The notes under the pieces: generated by a model
Told to the model about the DNA's origin: nothing
Database searches by the model: none
Seen by the model: only the letters and a program-made list of their open reading frames with translations
Source: a virus
Direction: 5' to 3' (one strand)
Virus record (IMG/VR): IMGVR_UViG_3300047480_000598
Span: 1-64,000 of that record
Length of the DNA: 64,000 nt
Made by a program: the position numbers and the translations under genes
Part shown: positions 36,334 through 46,646 of the stretch, piece by piece
How positions within the stretch are numbered: position 1 is the stretch's first letter
Layout: every line of letters begins with the position of its first letter

Positions 36334-36368
36334 ATTTTACTTATCAATTGTTCGGGTAAACTAATTGT

Positions 36369-36794
36369 TTATTGATGAAAGATGTCGTTTTCATTAACTA
36401 CTCGAAATTTAATACCTTGTTGTTTGCACCATGCATTAGCAGCAGCCCATTTTGCTTGATTTTTGATATATTGTATTTGATTGGCTTTGCTTTTGCCAAC
36501 TCTCTCTAAAATCGACTGACTTGCAGGTTTTATTTCAATTAGTTCAACTAGCATTTTTCCAGTTTTGTCGAGATATTGAATGAAAAAGTCCGGAACATAA
36601 ATGGTATTACGCCCGCTTGTTGGATCTCTGTAAGGAATTGAAATTGCTTCACTCGCCCACTTCTGTATACTTGGGTTAGTATCACAAAATCTCATAAAAT
36701 GCCACTCCCAAGAGCTTCTGTATATAGGAGTTTTAGTACCTACATACTTTTCTGGGTTTTTCATGACGAATTTATCCCGAGCAAACTTTGCCAT
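36369..36794 (-). CDS. gp4: Head completion nuclease (T4 gp4-like, PD-(D/E)xK/TnsA-like fold)
   Basis: KNPEKYVG..YRSSWE, WASE, YVPDFFI, IEIKP, NQAKWAAA..WC, FRVVNE. Confidence 0.8.
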   Translation of the reverse strand: MAKFARDKFVMKNPEKYVGTKTPIYRSSWEWHFMRFCDTNPSIQKWASEAISIPYRDPTSGRNTIYVPDFFIQYLDKTGKMLVELIEIKPASQSILERVGKSKANQIQYIKNQAKWAAANAWCKQQGIKFRVVNENDIFHQ

Positions 36795-37165
36795 TAGACT
36801 AAAATATTTCTAGATTCGTATGTATCAACTAAACTAGCAATTCGATAACCTAATAAACTAGTTTTTTCTCGATATGTGTTTAATATCTGAGCTACTACTT
36901 GACTTAATTGAACATCATTCAATGCTCTAAGTGAATCTATAAGTTGAAAAACGTCAACATTATCGATTTTTGCTTGGTTTAATAAGACAATAGCTACGCT
37001 TTGAGAGCTTTGTAAATCGAAACCGTGTTTAAGGAAAAAACCTATAGTTGCATCAATCTCGTTGCTAGGAAAACTAACTTTGTGGGTGTAAAATTTGTCA
37101 AAAAATTGACGAACCTCTAATGCGCTATCGGTATTGTCTACTGGAATATTAGTTATTACTGTCAT
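36794..37165 (-). CDS. Hypothetical virion morphogenesis protein
   Basis: 123-aa ORF coupled between tail and head-completion genes. Confidence 0.6.
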   Translation of the reverse strand: MTVITNIPVDNTDSALEVRQFFDKFYTHKVSFPSNEIDATIGFFLKHGFDLQSSQSVAIVLLNQAKIDNVDVFQLIDSLRALNDVQLSQVVAQILNTYREKTSLLGYRIASLVDTYESRNILV

Positions 37166-38142
37166 AGTTTAGTAAGTTTTGCTATAGTTTCTGTTGTAGT
37201 TTGATAAACAGGAAATTCAATACCAGTTATTCCGCTTACCCCCGATATTGCAGTTTGAGAAACATTATTAATAATACCGTATATACCCCCGACCGGTAAT
37301 GCTCCAGTATTTTGATAGGTATTAATTGTAGTAGACGAATTATTTACAAATGCTGTTTTATCTACAGTATATGCTGATGAAAAACTTGGACTAGCTGTAC
37401 CTGTTCTGACACCGGTTAATGGACTTGGAGTTTTATCGTAATGCTCTTGTCCAAATCCTTCTGGCGATCCTTCAGACACTGTGCCGGTATTATACGAAAC
37501 TGCTTCATATGCAATTTGCATAGTTTGATCGTGTATTCCAGTATCAGATGAACTGACTGCATTATGATTCCATGATGTAATTATTGGATTGTATAGACGA
37601 TATTCTACAAATTCATGTCTTGCCATTTGATAAATTTTAATGTATTTAAAAAACGGAAGTTGGCTACCGTTATCAAATCCATACGTATTTTTAACATAAC
37701 TAAAATTCTTAGTTGCATTTCTTGCATATGCTCCGGGGTCTTTAGAAGACGATGGATCAGCATAGTAATAGTTATAATAATTTTGCCATAACTGATTAAT
37801 TAACCCCATATTATCATCATGGAATGTGATACTAATCGGGTTATATGTATGAGTAACTTGTGTATTCTTTTTTCGATTATACTGATTTAAAGTTTCAGTT
37901 TTAATTGTAAAATTTGGTAAATCACACTTTTTAACAAGCATGTTGATTTCGTTATTATGTCTCTGTACCAGATTAATATTCATTAATGCAGCTGAATTGA
38001 TACCAAATGCTACATGAAATAGAAAGTTAAATTTAGGTGCTAATCGAAACTGATCGTCAACAAATAGCCTTGCAGCATGTTGTTGATCTCTCAATGTTAC
38101 TGTTTGATTTGCATTTAAAAATTGTGTTTGTACAAAGGCCAT
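37162..38142 (-). CDS. Tail-tube-fold baseplate/tube initiator protein (gp48/gp54-like)
   Basis: VKKCDLP..TETLNQYNRK..YNPISITFHDD tube-like pattern; adjacent to the tube gene; TAAATA 5 nt upstream. Confidence 0.65.
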   Translation of the reverse strand: MAFVQTQFLNANQTVTLRDQQHAARLFVDDQFRLAPKFNFLFHVAFGINSAALMNINLVQRHNNEINMLVKKCDLPNFTIKTETLNQYNRKKNTQVTHTYNPISITFHDDNMGLINQLWQNYYNYYYADPSSSKDPGAYARNATKNFSYVKNTYGFDNGSQLPFFKYIKIYQMARHEFVEYRLYNPIITSWNHNAVSSSDTGIHDQTMQIAYEAVSYNTGTVSEGSPEGFGQEHYDKTPSPLTGVRTGTASPSFSSAYTVDKTAFVNNSSTTINTYQNTGALPVGGIYGIINNVSQTAISGVSGITGIEFPVYQTTTETIAKLTKL

Positions 38143-38189
38143 ACTAATATTTATATTCTATAATTAACTACGTATATTATAAAATGTCA

Positions 38190-38213
38190 TAAAAATGCCC
38201 GCCGAAGCGGGCA
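38190..38213 (-). terminator. Rho-independent terminator with C(UUCG)G tetraloop
   Basis: Minus strand TGCCCGC-TTCG-GCGGGCA-TTTTT, directly after the tail tube gene. Confidence 0.85.
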
Positions 38214-38219
38214 AATTCA

Positions 38220-38846
38220 TTATACTCTTGCACCGGAACCAGTAGCAAGTACTCCTGTTCCTCGTGTAGTCGGAGCAGTTGCTCCTCCTGTAATCTGAAT
38301 GCAATTGTCTGGTTGAATTGTAAGATCAATTGTCATAGGATCTTGTGCAGTATAGCTTAATGTTTGATAGTTAGCTGCTTGTACATAACATCCGTAACAT
38401 TCCCATGTTTCTAAAACATTAGGTGTATGTATGCCGTTGCCTCCGTCTAACATTTCAATACGCATTAAGAACTTATAGTCGCCGCCTGAAGCAGCAGAAC
38501 TTTGTTCAAAGAAGTCGTATTGCTTCTGCATTTGTTCCCCGACAAGTTTGCTAACTGCGCCTGTTACATCGTCTCTTAACTTAATAGCAATAGTCTGCCA
38601 AACTGGGCGGCCTGCATAGTTAATTGTTGAATTGTACACTTGAATCTTTTGAGCATCAAAAGATACGTTCGGTCGAGCAGCATCTTGAACTTGCTTAGTT
38701 AATTCAGTAGTCGGCGTTGAAACTCCAAAATTTTCAAACATCACTCTAAAGCGAAATTTGAGTTTTGGCATTAACATACCTTGTGACGTTGCACTTTGGT
38801 CTGACGCTAACGGTACTGTGAATTTTGATAATGATGCGATTGCCAT
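38220..38846 (-). CDS. gp19: Tail tube protein (T4 gp19-like)
   Basis: PKLKFRFRV, ARPNVSF, NYAGRPVWQTI.I.LRDD, ETWECYGC; immediately downstream of the sheath gene. Confidence 0.85.
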   Translation of the reverse strand: MAIASLSKFTVPLASDQSATSQGMLMPKLKFRFRVMFENFGVSTPTTELTKQVQDAARPNVSFDAQKIQVYNSTINYAGRPVWQTIAIKLRDDVTGAVSKLVGEQMQKQYDFFEQSSAASGGDYKFLMRIEMLDGGNGIHTPNVLETWECYGCYVQAANYQTLSYTAQDPMTIDLTIQPDNCIQITGGATAPTTRGTGVLATGSGARV

Positions 38847-38865
38847 TTTATTACTCCGTTATTCC

Positions 38866-41800
38866 TTATCTACCTACTGTATTTTGAATTTCGCCAGTGT
38901 TCTTTAAACGTAGTGGAATGTAAATAAATTCTACTGCTTTAACTGGTTCGATAGCAATATCTAAATATAGTTCATTGCGATCAATTCTTGCAGGTGTGTT
39001 GTTTGATTCGTCGCAAACAACTATATAATCGTATAAAGCACGTTGTCCTACTAATTCTAATAGTAAGTTTTCTGCCGCACCTTTCAATTCGTCTCTTGTA
39101 ATTTTATCGTTCGGTTCAAACACATAAGGTCTTGCTAACTGTGCAAATCTTCTACGTAGGTATACAACTAAACGAGCAACATTAATACGATCTAATTGAC
39201 TTGCATTTCTAGAACGTGTAAATTGTCCGTAATTAACAAGTGCACCTGAGATAGTAGTAATTGGGTTGATCTTAACAAGGGACATTGCATCGCGTTGGCC
39301 CGATGTTAAAGATACAGTTACAAATTCGCCTTCGGAATCTATATAACCTACTGAAGTAGCGTTAGTAATTCCACCTCTTCTAGTACCAGCCGGAGCAAAC
39401 CATGGATAACTTACATTGTCGCTAAGTGAAAATGTACGTAACATCATGTGACTCGGTGGAACAACAACATCATTGCCTAAGTTATCTGAAGTGTACCCCC
39501 ATGGATAGAACACACCTAAATATTCGTCGCTGCTTGATAATCCAGATGAATTATTTGTTGCTGATTGAGCGGAGTTATTTCCCCAGCTAGTTAAGGAAGT
39601 TGCATCTGATGCTAAACGAGCAGGAGTATCACCGATAACAAATGCTGTTAATCCTCGATCATAATTTAATGCAACCATTTCGTCGATTAATTCTGGGTAA
39701 CCCGGACAAGCAATTAAGTTAAAGATTCTGCTTTCTTCTTCTCTAATCTTTTGATTGCTATTAACAAGTGCTTGTAATGCTTTTACTACTACACCTCTTT
39801 GAGCAAGTCTACCGAAAGATCCTACACCGTTTTCTTGATTTGGAGCTTCACTGACCCAACGATGTGGATAGTAAGTAGTCATTCCTTCGCCGTTGTAAAC
39901 AAGATTATCAGCAGTTGTATCAATGTAATCAGTTACATAACGCTTTACATTGAAGCCTGAACGACGTAAGTTCCATAATAACATACCTGTAGGATAAAGA
40001 GCAGGATCTACACAATCCGGATCAACAAAATCACTAGTTAATAACTCTGGAATTGTTCCTTGCGGTGAAGTTCCGGTTTGTGCAATCGGATCATAAGTTC
40101 CGCCCGAAGTCCCCCATCGAGCATCGGCAAATACTACACCATTTTCAGTTGTTTGATCAGTAGTGTCTATTTGTAACCACTTATTTAATTCTTTACTATA
40201 TCTGTAAATTGATGGATAGTTTTCAATTCCAGCATCACTAACGTCGATCCAAATATCACCTTCTTCAAGATCAGTTAAATCGGATTGCTTTTTTGGCTTA
40301 GTTGCTGAAATAATCGGACCATTATCATCAGTGTCAATGTTAGCAGCATAATTCTTATATCCTACCCATTCAGTACCGTTATTAATCATAATATCAACAT
40401 CGTGTAGATAACTGTTGTACCATAATTGACCGTCTACCGGTGTAGTTGTTAATGCTGTCGGGCTTGCTTCTGCTAACCAGCTATCACCGATACTAGAAGT
40501 CCATAAAGACCCTACATAGTGATCGGTTCCTAGTGCAAAAGCCGGATCTTCGTAGAAATTTGCTGAATCTGTAAATAAGGTACCGATCGGTGTTCCTGAT
40601 GTATCTACAAATTTAATTTCTCCACCTAACCTATGACGTAAAACAATTTTGTTAAATTCGTTTTTAGTAGCAACAATATTTGACGCATATGCATTACCGC
40701 TTAATGTTGTTTCTGCTAATTTAGTTGTTAGTGCTGTGATAAAGCTATCAGCATCTGCACTAGCACTACCAGAAGCAACAAATTGAACTGAAAGAGGTGC
40801 TGTAAAAACTGTGCTATTCTTTACAGATTCTGAAATAGTAAATGTATACGTTCCTGCTGTTACTGTGCTTTGTGATGTAAGAACAGTATCACCTACTGCA
40901 TTTCTAGCATAAATCTTAAAGTTTGCAATTTGAGGATCGGCTTCGCCTTCATTAAATTTTACATATAATGAGCCTAATGCTAAATTACGGCCGCCGCCGG
41001 TTTTATCTAATTCAGCTAATGCAGCAACATTTGATTCATATAAAGGAGCTGAAACATTTTCCCAAGCATCAGTAACTTGGTTAAACTTACGAACAATCCA
41101 GTTTGCACCAAAGTTTGGATTAGTTGTTTTAATCCAAATCGATCCAGTTGGCTTTCCTCTAGCAGAATTAGTTAAGCTAGTTGTTTTAAATACCGGAACA
41201 TCTGTGTGCTTAGAAATTTGCAATTCTGGTGCATAGTAAGTTTTACCCGATTCTAATCCGACTTTGCTTACTGATGTTCCTGCTAAACTAATCGGAGTTC
41301 CTGTAGAATATAGCTCTAATTTACCATTAATTCTGGCAGCAGTAACTCCTGGGATACTTGCTGCATTGATTGCAGTTACTAGTTCGGCAATTGTAGTTAC
41401 TGTGTTAATCGAACTATATGTTTGACTATTGGCAGTAATAGTAAATGTATCAGCATCTATTCCTGCACCGTCTAAAATGTCACCATTGCTCGATACTGTT
41501 CCTTGTGCTGTAGGCCAACTTGCAACCCATTCTTCAGATCCAACTTCTACCCATACTCCAGCAGGCTCGTCTGTAAGTGACTTTTTAAACCATAGTTTGT
41601 TTAATGTAGTTACCGAAACAAGAGCATAATCCCCAACTGCTCCGATACTTGATTTAGGAGTGTAATCTCCCGCTTCGAAGTCTACTACCTTAGTAGTTTC
41701 GGTGATTACTAAAGGAAGTTTATTAGTAAATGTCTGCCCGCCTGGTTCTTTAGCCGGAGCTGAATTCCACTCAAAAATACCAAATCTTGTCGAATTGGTA

Positions 41801-42216
41801 TTGAACCAAAGTGTACCGTCCTCTGGATTACCAGTCGGTTCGGTTGAAGTACCGTCAAGTTGTGATAAATCAAGATCTGCTCTAACAACATAGGCTCTAT
41901 TGCTAACACCTAAATAACTATAAGCTGCCTGCAATCCATATTCATTTTGCTCTCCAGCATGAATAGGATTGTTGTTAATATCAGTTTTAAATACAGGTGT
42001 TCCGAATGTGTCTACTAGTTCTCTTTGACTAGTAATTAAATATACTTGTCCGGAATTTACCTTTTCAGTTCCAGCAGCGGTTCCGGTTCCTCCGCTATTT
42101 TGCTTATTTTCTGCCGAAGCAACGACGATTAATGGTACAGTACCTGGTGCGGATGTAGCATAGAAACTTTCATCTGTAACTGTAACACTTACGCCTGGTG
42201 AAATTAATTGGGCCAT
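38866..42216 (-). CDS. gp18: Contractile tail sheath protein (T4 gp18-like) with a large insertion
   Basis: SPGVSVTVTDES N-term; C-term WFAPAGTRRG, INPI, LDRINVARL, FEPND..TR, VCDESNNTP..IDRNEL, EFIYIP. Confidence 0.93.
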   Translation of the reverse strand: MAQLISPGVSVTVTDESFYATSAPGTVPLIVVASAENKQNSGGTGTAAGTEKVNSGQVYLITSQRELVDTFGTPVFKTDINNNPIHAGEQNEYGLQAAYSYLGVSNRAYVVRADLDLSQLDGTSTEPTGNPEDGTLWFNTNSTRFGIFEWNSAPAKEPGGQTFTNKLPLVITETTKVVDFEAGDYTPKSSIGAVGDYALVSVTTLNKLWFKKSLTDEPAGVWVEVGSEEWVASWPTAQGTVSSNGDILDGAGIDADTFTITANSQTYSSINTVTTIAELVTAINAASIPGVTAARINGKLELYSTGTPISLAGTSVSKVGLESGKTYYAPELQISKHTDVPVFKTTSLTNSARGKPTGSIWIKTTNPNFGANWIVRKFNQVTDAWENVSAPLYESNVAALAELDKTGGGRNLALGSLYVKFNEGEADPQIANFKIYARNAVGDTVLTSQSTVTAGTYTFTISESVKNSTVFTAPLSVQFVASGSASADADSFITALTTKLAETTLSGNAYASNIVATKNEFNKIVLRHRLGGEIKFVDTSGTPIGTLFTDSANFYEDPAFALGTDHYVGSLWTSSIGDSWLAEASPTALTTTPVDGQLWYNSYLHDVDIMINNGTEWVGYKNYAANIDTDDNGPIISATKPKKQSDLTDLEEGDIWIDVSDAGIENYPSIYRYSKELNKWLQIDTTDQTTENGVVFADARWGTSGGTYDPIAQTGTSPQGTIPELLTSDFVDPDCVDPALYPTGMLLWNLRRSGFNVKRYVTDYIDTTADNLVYNGEGMTTYYPHRWVSEAPNQENGVGSFGRLAQRGVVVKALQALVNSNQKIREEESRIFNLIACPGYPELIDEMVALNYDRGLTAFVIGDTPARLASDATSLTSWGNNSAQSATNNSSGLSSSDEYLGVFYPWGYTSDNLGNDVVVPPSHMMLRTFSLSDNVSYPWFAPAGTRRGGITNATSVGYIDSEGEFVTVSLTSGQRDAMSLVKINPITTISGALVNYGQFTRSRNASQLDRINVARLVVYLRRRFAQLARPYVFEPNDKITRDELKGAAENLLLELVGQRALYDYIVVCDESNNTPARIDRNELYLDIAIEPVKAVEFIYIPLRLKNTGEIQNTVGR

Positions 42217-42322
42217 TTTATGATCTCCATCAAATACGATTTCTAATTGTATTTAGTGGATTGTTTTAATTTTGGACCGGTTAACTACACTATAAAAGGG
42301 GTGTAAAAGGTTTAAATAACAT

Positions 42323-42658
42323 ATGAGACCGATATGTAAGTGCGGAGAACGTCCTAAAGCCGTTAATTATATTAAAGACGGACGAACATACTATCGAAAG
42401 CTATGCGAAGTATGTATGAAAAATGGGTTATATCACGGTATACCTCGATGGAAGAGGGCCGGATATAAGTTACACAAGTGTTGTGATAAATGTGGATTCA
42501 AATCCCCGTACAAAGAAGTGTTTTCAGTGTTTCATGTTGACGGGGATCTAAATAATTGCTCGTTTTTAAATCTTAAAACAGTTTGCGCAAATTGTCAACG
42601 AGTTCTAGCGAGAGAAGGGATTACTTGGAGACAGGGGGATCTTGTACCAGATCTTTAA
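42323..42658 (+). CDS. Small zinc-binding HNH-like protein
   Basis: CKCG, CEVC, CDKCGF, FHVDGDLNNC..NLKTVCANC; TAAATA 4 nt upstream. Confidence 0.7.
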   Translation: MRPICKCGERPKAVNYIKDGRTYYRKLCEVCMKNGLYHGIPRWKRAGYKLHKCCDKCGFKSPYKEVFSVFHVDGDLNNCSFLNLKTVCANCQRVLAREGITWRQGDLVPDL

Positions 42659-44339
42659 TAGATTGATATAGTTCATCAATAGTTCCATCATTTTCAATAG
42701 TCACATCAATGTTAGGCCCTATCCAAGACATTTCGCTTTCGTGAATTTTACGATACTTTAGTTTATCAGCTGCACCAGATTTGCCGATGTTTGCATCGTA
42801 CGCAAATTTATACCAATCTGGTTCTGGCCCTCGTTTTATACGAACTACAATTCCTCCAGCTTCTTTGAGTGCCTTAATTTCGTTAGGAAATCGACAATCT
42901 GTAATTACAATGTTGTCGTTACTAAATCGAAGTTTGTTTTCTACACTAGCGATCCATATGTCAGGATGAAATTGATGTCGAAGTATTTCTGTTCCCCAAT
43001 GCTGAAGTACAAATCTCGGAGTTATAGTCATATCCAACCTGTTTGACCACCATTCATCGGGCTCTTCTCGCCATTTTCTTGATTCAGCTGTGCGTCCTTC
43101 TAGTAAGACACGATCCCAACCAAATATTGCTGATACTGCATCTTTTAAAGAACTTGCAAAACTTTCCCTTCTAAAACCATGAAAATTAACTAAGTAATCG
43201 GCAACAGTATCTTTGCCTGACCCTATAAATCCGCATATACCTATAATCATATTTCCTCTAAATAAAAAGTGATATTTGTTATTTTTATATTCAAATCGAT
43301 CTTTAGTGTAAACTATTTTATCATCATATTGAACTACTAATTTTCCAGCTTCTATTATAACTGTGTAAAAGTCATCAAGAACATCTGAAAAGACTGTTTG
43401 ATCGTATAGATGATGTGTATTATAATTTATTTCTTGCACAAAAATTGGACCTGATGTGCTAGTCATTCCGAATAGAGATATAATAGATGCATGTTTATCA
43501 ACTACAAGATCAGTAACTTGCTCACGAGATGGCGATAATATTGTATATATTGTTAGATTTAGTAACGACGATGCTCGATTATACTTAATAAAATTATCTA
43601 TCATAGTATCAAACATTATGCATCGAGTTATACCATAATAACTAATGTAAGATGGCCAGATATTATTGTCATCATCGCACCAAAATTGATTTTTACAAAA
43701 CTTAAATGCTGGCAAAAAGAATAATGCTAAACTAGTACCATGATGTAATATTCTAGTATGCATACATCTATCGTTATTATCAATTTTGAAGAGCTTACCG
43801 TTTCTATGTAATAAACGGTAATAAAACTCATGGGAGTGTTCTTCAATTGCGTCCGATCGTATTTTTTGTGTGTATTTTTCGCTAATCGATCTTGTTAAAA
43901 TAGATGAATTGTTAGCCCATTTAATGTCTTTTTTCGAAGTATCTTGATATGTTTTAATAATATTCGCATCAATTGCAGTATCTTTATATGTATTTGTAAA
44001 CTCTAATAGATCTTTCTTATCGAATGGTACAATTACATGATCAATCTTTCCATATCGATTATTTAATTCTTTGTAGTTTGAGATTTTATGTGATACTGCA
44101 ATTACAAATACTAATCCTAATTCGGCACACGCATAAAACCATGGAGTATAATAATTTCCAAATGTAATGATAACTTGGTCTCCGGCTTTAACATTAACCT
44201 CTTTAATTAAATAAGTTTTTGCCCTATCAATTAACTCAATTAGCTCATCGTACTCAAAAATTAACTCTTTGTCGACTATATGTAATGATAGGTCAGAATT
44301 GATACAAGCTCGAGTTATTATTTTATCATTCGACGACAC
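42621..44339 (-). CDS. In-frame fusion of a degenerate ANL (AMP-binding) N-domain and a deoxynucleoside monophosphate kinase (kinase part 42621..43250)
   Basis: C-part MIIGICGFIGSGKDTVAD..FASSLKD..TPRFVLQHWGTE..ITDCRFPNE..HESE (T4 gp1-like); N-part paralogous to 44318..45613; AGAGG just before the internal ATG 43250. Confidence 0.8.
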   Translation of the reverse strand: MSSNDKIITRACINSDLSLHIVDKELIFEYDELIELIDRAKTYLIKEVNVKAGDQVIITFGNYYTPWFYACAELGLVFVIAVSHKISNYKELNNRYGKIDHVIVPFDKKDLLEFTNTYKDTAIDANIIKTYQDTSKKDIKWANNSSILTRSISEKYTQKIRSDAIEEHSHEFYYRLLHRNGKLFKIDNNDRCMHTRILHHGTSLALFFLPAFKFCKNQFWCDDDNNIWPSYISYYGITRCIMFDTMIDNFIKYNRASSLLNLTIYTILSPSREQVTDLVVDKHASIISLFGMTSTSGPIFVQEINYNTHHLYDQTVFSDVLDDFYTVIIEAGKLVVQYDDKIVYTKDRFEYKNNKYHFLFRGNMIIGICGFIGSGKDTVADYLVNFHGFRRESFASSLKDAVSAIFGWDRVLLEGRTAESRKWREEPDEWWSNRLDMTITPRFVLQHWGTEILRHQFHPDIWIASVENKLRFSNDNIVITDCRFPNEIKALKEAGGIVVRIKRGPEPDWYKFAYDANIGKSGAADKLKYRKIHESEMSWIGPNIDVTIENDGTIDELYQSIKDLVQDPPVSK

Positions 44340-45613
44340 TTGATCCTCACGGCATTTGCATTAAACTTAACACCACTCATGAATCTACTTTTAGGAAGTG
44401 ATAGTTGTTTAGATATTTTATAATTACTTCCTAATAAAGTTTGTATATTTAGATTTAGTTCTTCTAAGTTTAGTTCACAAGTCGTTCTAAGATATATCTC
44501 ATTGAAAACAGAATCTATAACAATATCAAAATCGTTGATGTATTTTATGATAAGATTGTTTAGTAAATTAACATCAACGAGTTCATTGTTTATCGAATAT
44601 CTATTGCCTCGTCCTTGAAAGATCATACGATTGTCAATAACAGAAAACTGATCGCCCGTATCGATAATTTGACCCGACGGCATTGTTACTTGCAGCAAAT
44701 TATTTTTTATATTAATTTTGTAAAAATTATCAAGTAACTCCCCGAAATCGTTTGGTTGAAAAGAGAGTTTATTCTTATTGTTTAATTTTGACAAGAAAAT
44801 AGGACCCGATGTCTCAGTGCATCCGTACAGAGAAATAACTTCGATTCGATCATTAATTATTCGGTCAAAACCGTTGGGTAACTTTGATGCTACAAATATT
44901 GTAAAATTATAATCGATGTCATTGTCGAAGTTATTATGAATTGCATCTAGGTACTTTAAAAATACTAAACATCGATTGATTTTGTTCTCTTTTATAAACT
45001 TTACCCACTTATCTTTCTTACCGTCAAAGTAATAGTGATTTTTACAGGAAATGATGACCGGAAGGAAGTATACTCCTACAGTACTACTATGAGCTAAGGT
45101 TCGTGTATGAATGCATCTATCTTGCAGTTGTAAATTATATAACTTACTGTTACGATGCGCTAACTTATATAAAAAGTTATGTGTGTATTCGACAATTTTA
45201 GGATCGTTGGTCGACCCAGAACTTAAAGTTTCGATTAAAATCGAATCAGGTTCGGCCCAGTATTCATTTTGAAGCGAGGTGTCGGTCCAATCTAAAATTT
45301 CCCCAAAGTCTGATAATAAGTGGTCGATATTGCCGTATAACTTTAATGTGCTTTTAGATTCCTCTGCATTAGAATCAACGACAATAAACTTTAATCCAAG
45401 TTCGGCTCCTGCTAGAAACCAAATGAACAATCCGGGCCACTTGCTGTTTAAAATTAGAACACGCTGTCCTTTTTTAACTTGTTTAATTTTTATTAAGAAT
45501 GTTTTAGCACGATTGATATAATCAATAATATCATTATAACTGTAGTGGGTTTCTACAGTTTCAGAATTAACTGTAATATTAAGCTGTGAATTAAGTATTC
45601 TTCTTGTAATCAA
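44318..45613 (-). CDS. ANL-superfamily adenylate-forming enzyme (acyl-CoA ligase/AMP-binding)
   Basis: LSSGSTNDPK (A3), LAHSS (A4), YGCTETSG (A5), DTGD (A7), FQGR (A8), SGVK (A10). Confidence 0.8.
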   Translation of the reverse strand: MITRRILNSQLNITVNSETVETHYSYNDIIDYINRAKTFLIKIKQVKKGQRVLILNSKWPGLFIWFLAGAELGLKFIVVDSNAEESKSTLKLYGNIDHLLSDFGEILDWTDTSLQNEYWAEPDSILIETLSSGSTNDPKIVEYTHNFLYKLAHRNSKLYNLQLQDRCIHTRTLAHSSTVGVYFLPVIISCKNHYYFDGKKDKWVKFIKENKINRCLVFLKYLDAIHNNFDNDIDYNFTIFVASKLPNGFDRIINDRIEVISLYGCTETSGPIFLSKLNNKNKLSFQPNDFGELLDNFYKINIKNNLLQVTMPSGQIIDTGDQFSVIDNRMIFQGRGNRYSINNELVDVNLLNNLIIKYINDFDIVIDSVFNEIYLRTTCELNLEELNLNIQTLLGSNYKISKQLSLPKSRFMSGVKFNANAVRIKCRRMIK

Positions 45614-45845
45614 GACTATTTTGCAACCATGCTTTGTAAGAAGGATTAGGATGATTTTCTAATCGCTGTTTATATAGCTTTATAACAATAAATGCTGCTG
45701 TACCTTTGAAGAAGAAAGGAAAGATTGCATGTATAATTGATGCTATTGCTGCATAGAATAGCAGAAAACCGGCATAGATTGCAAATTTTAGATGTTCAAA
45801 ATACGATGTTTGGCTGTCTTTTAAATGTTGTGTTAAAAATTTCAT
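45591..45845 (-). CDS. Small hydrophobic protein (DUF6356-like)
   Basis: HL...SYFEHLKFA..G..L..A...IIHAIFPFFF pattern. Confidence 0.55.
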   Translation of the reverse strand: MKFLTQHLKDSQTSYFEHLKFAIYAGFLLFYAAIASIIHAIFPFFFKGTAAFIVIKLYKQRLENHPNPSYKAWLQNSLDYKKNT

Positions 45846-46630
45846 TACCCAATAATAAATGTATAAGGAGTGCCGCCCGGAATATTTAACTCTATTTCCT
45901 TATCGAGTCTTTCAATTTCTTGATTGCCTTCTGTAATAAGTGCAGTTCCGTTTAGTGTAATACCGCCACTTGGCCCTGCGATGTTTCCAAATAAACTACG
46001 TGCTTGCCCTAACATAGTCTTACAGGTCGCTAATGTATAATCTTTAATCCATTGCTTTGCATAGATGTCTTGCAATAATACAAAGTCTGGACGAAAGTTA
46101 TGAGTTCTTAGAAGAATTTGCTCGCCTTGTGCAAACGGACGTTGTAAGATTGTTAAGATATGACTAGTTGGTTTCCATTTAAACTCAACAAAACTACCGA
46201 ACATTCTTCCTACTAACTTTTGATATCCTGCAAATAGCTCGTAAGTTGCTAAACCGCCCATCATAGTTCCGCTTAACAAATAAGTGTTAGTGTATGCTAA
46301 GTTGAATGGTTCAAATAAAGTACCACCTGCACCTAAGCCGCTTCTAGAACCAATAGATCTACGAAAAATAGATTGAACTTCGATTACTTCGTCAGGAAGT
46401 CTATACTCGTTCACATCCTGCATTAATTCGAGAAACATATAACTTTCTTCGACTGCATTTGAACTTCTTTGACGGAATCTAGTCAATGCTCTATCTAATG
46501 CTGTTTCGTAATGCTTAGGATCGAGCTCTACATCAATCATGCCGTCACCGAGCATATTTCTCACATAATCAAATACTTTATTTCTTTCAATTAACGAGGT
46601 TGATTCGTTGCTAGCTGGTAGATCATCCAT
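45845..46630 (-). CDS. gp13: Neck protein (T4 gp13-like)
   Basis: LGDGMIDVEL, WIKDYTLA..K..LG..RS.F..I.GP.GGITLNG..L..EG..E; GGAG RBS. Confidence 0.85.
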   Translation of the reverse strand: MDDLPASNESTSLIERNKVFDYVRNMLGDGMIDVELDPKHYETALDRALTRFRQRSSNAVEESYMFLELMQDVNEYRLPDEVIEVQSIFRRSIGSRSGLGAGGTLFEPFNLAYTNTYLLSGTMMGGLATYELFAGYQKLVGRMFGSFVEFKWKPTSHILTILQRPFAQGEQILLRTHNFRPDFVLLQDIYAKQWIKDYTLATCKTMLGQARSLFGNIAGPSGGITLNGTALITEGNQEIERLDKEIELNIPGGTPYTFIIG

Positions 46631-46646
46631 TTTTAATTCTCCATGT

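Noticed and set aside
36369-36794. TnsA transposase or mobile element
   Set aside because: The PD-(D/E)xK motif, size and position among head/tail genes fit the T4 gp4-like head completion nuclease; no TnsB/C or terminal repeats.
42323-42658. Mobile homing endonuclease
   Set aside because: Only 111 aa, no extra DNA-binding domain and not in an intron; kept as an HNH-like CDS only.
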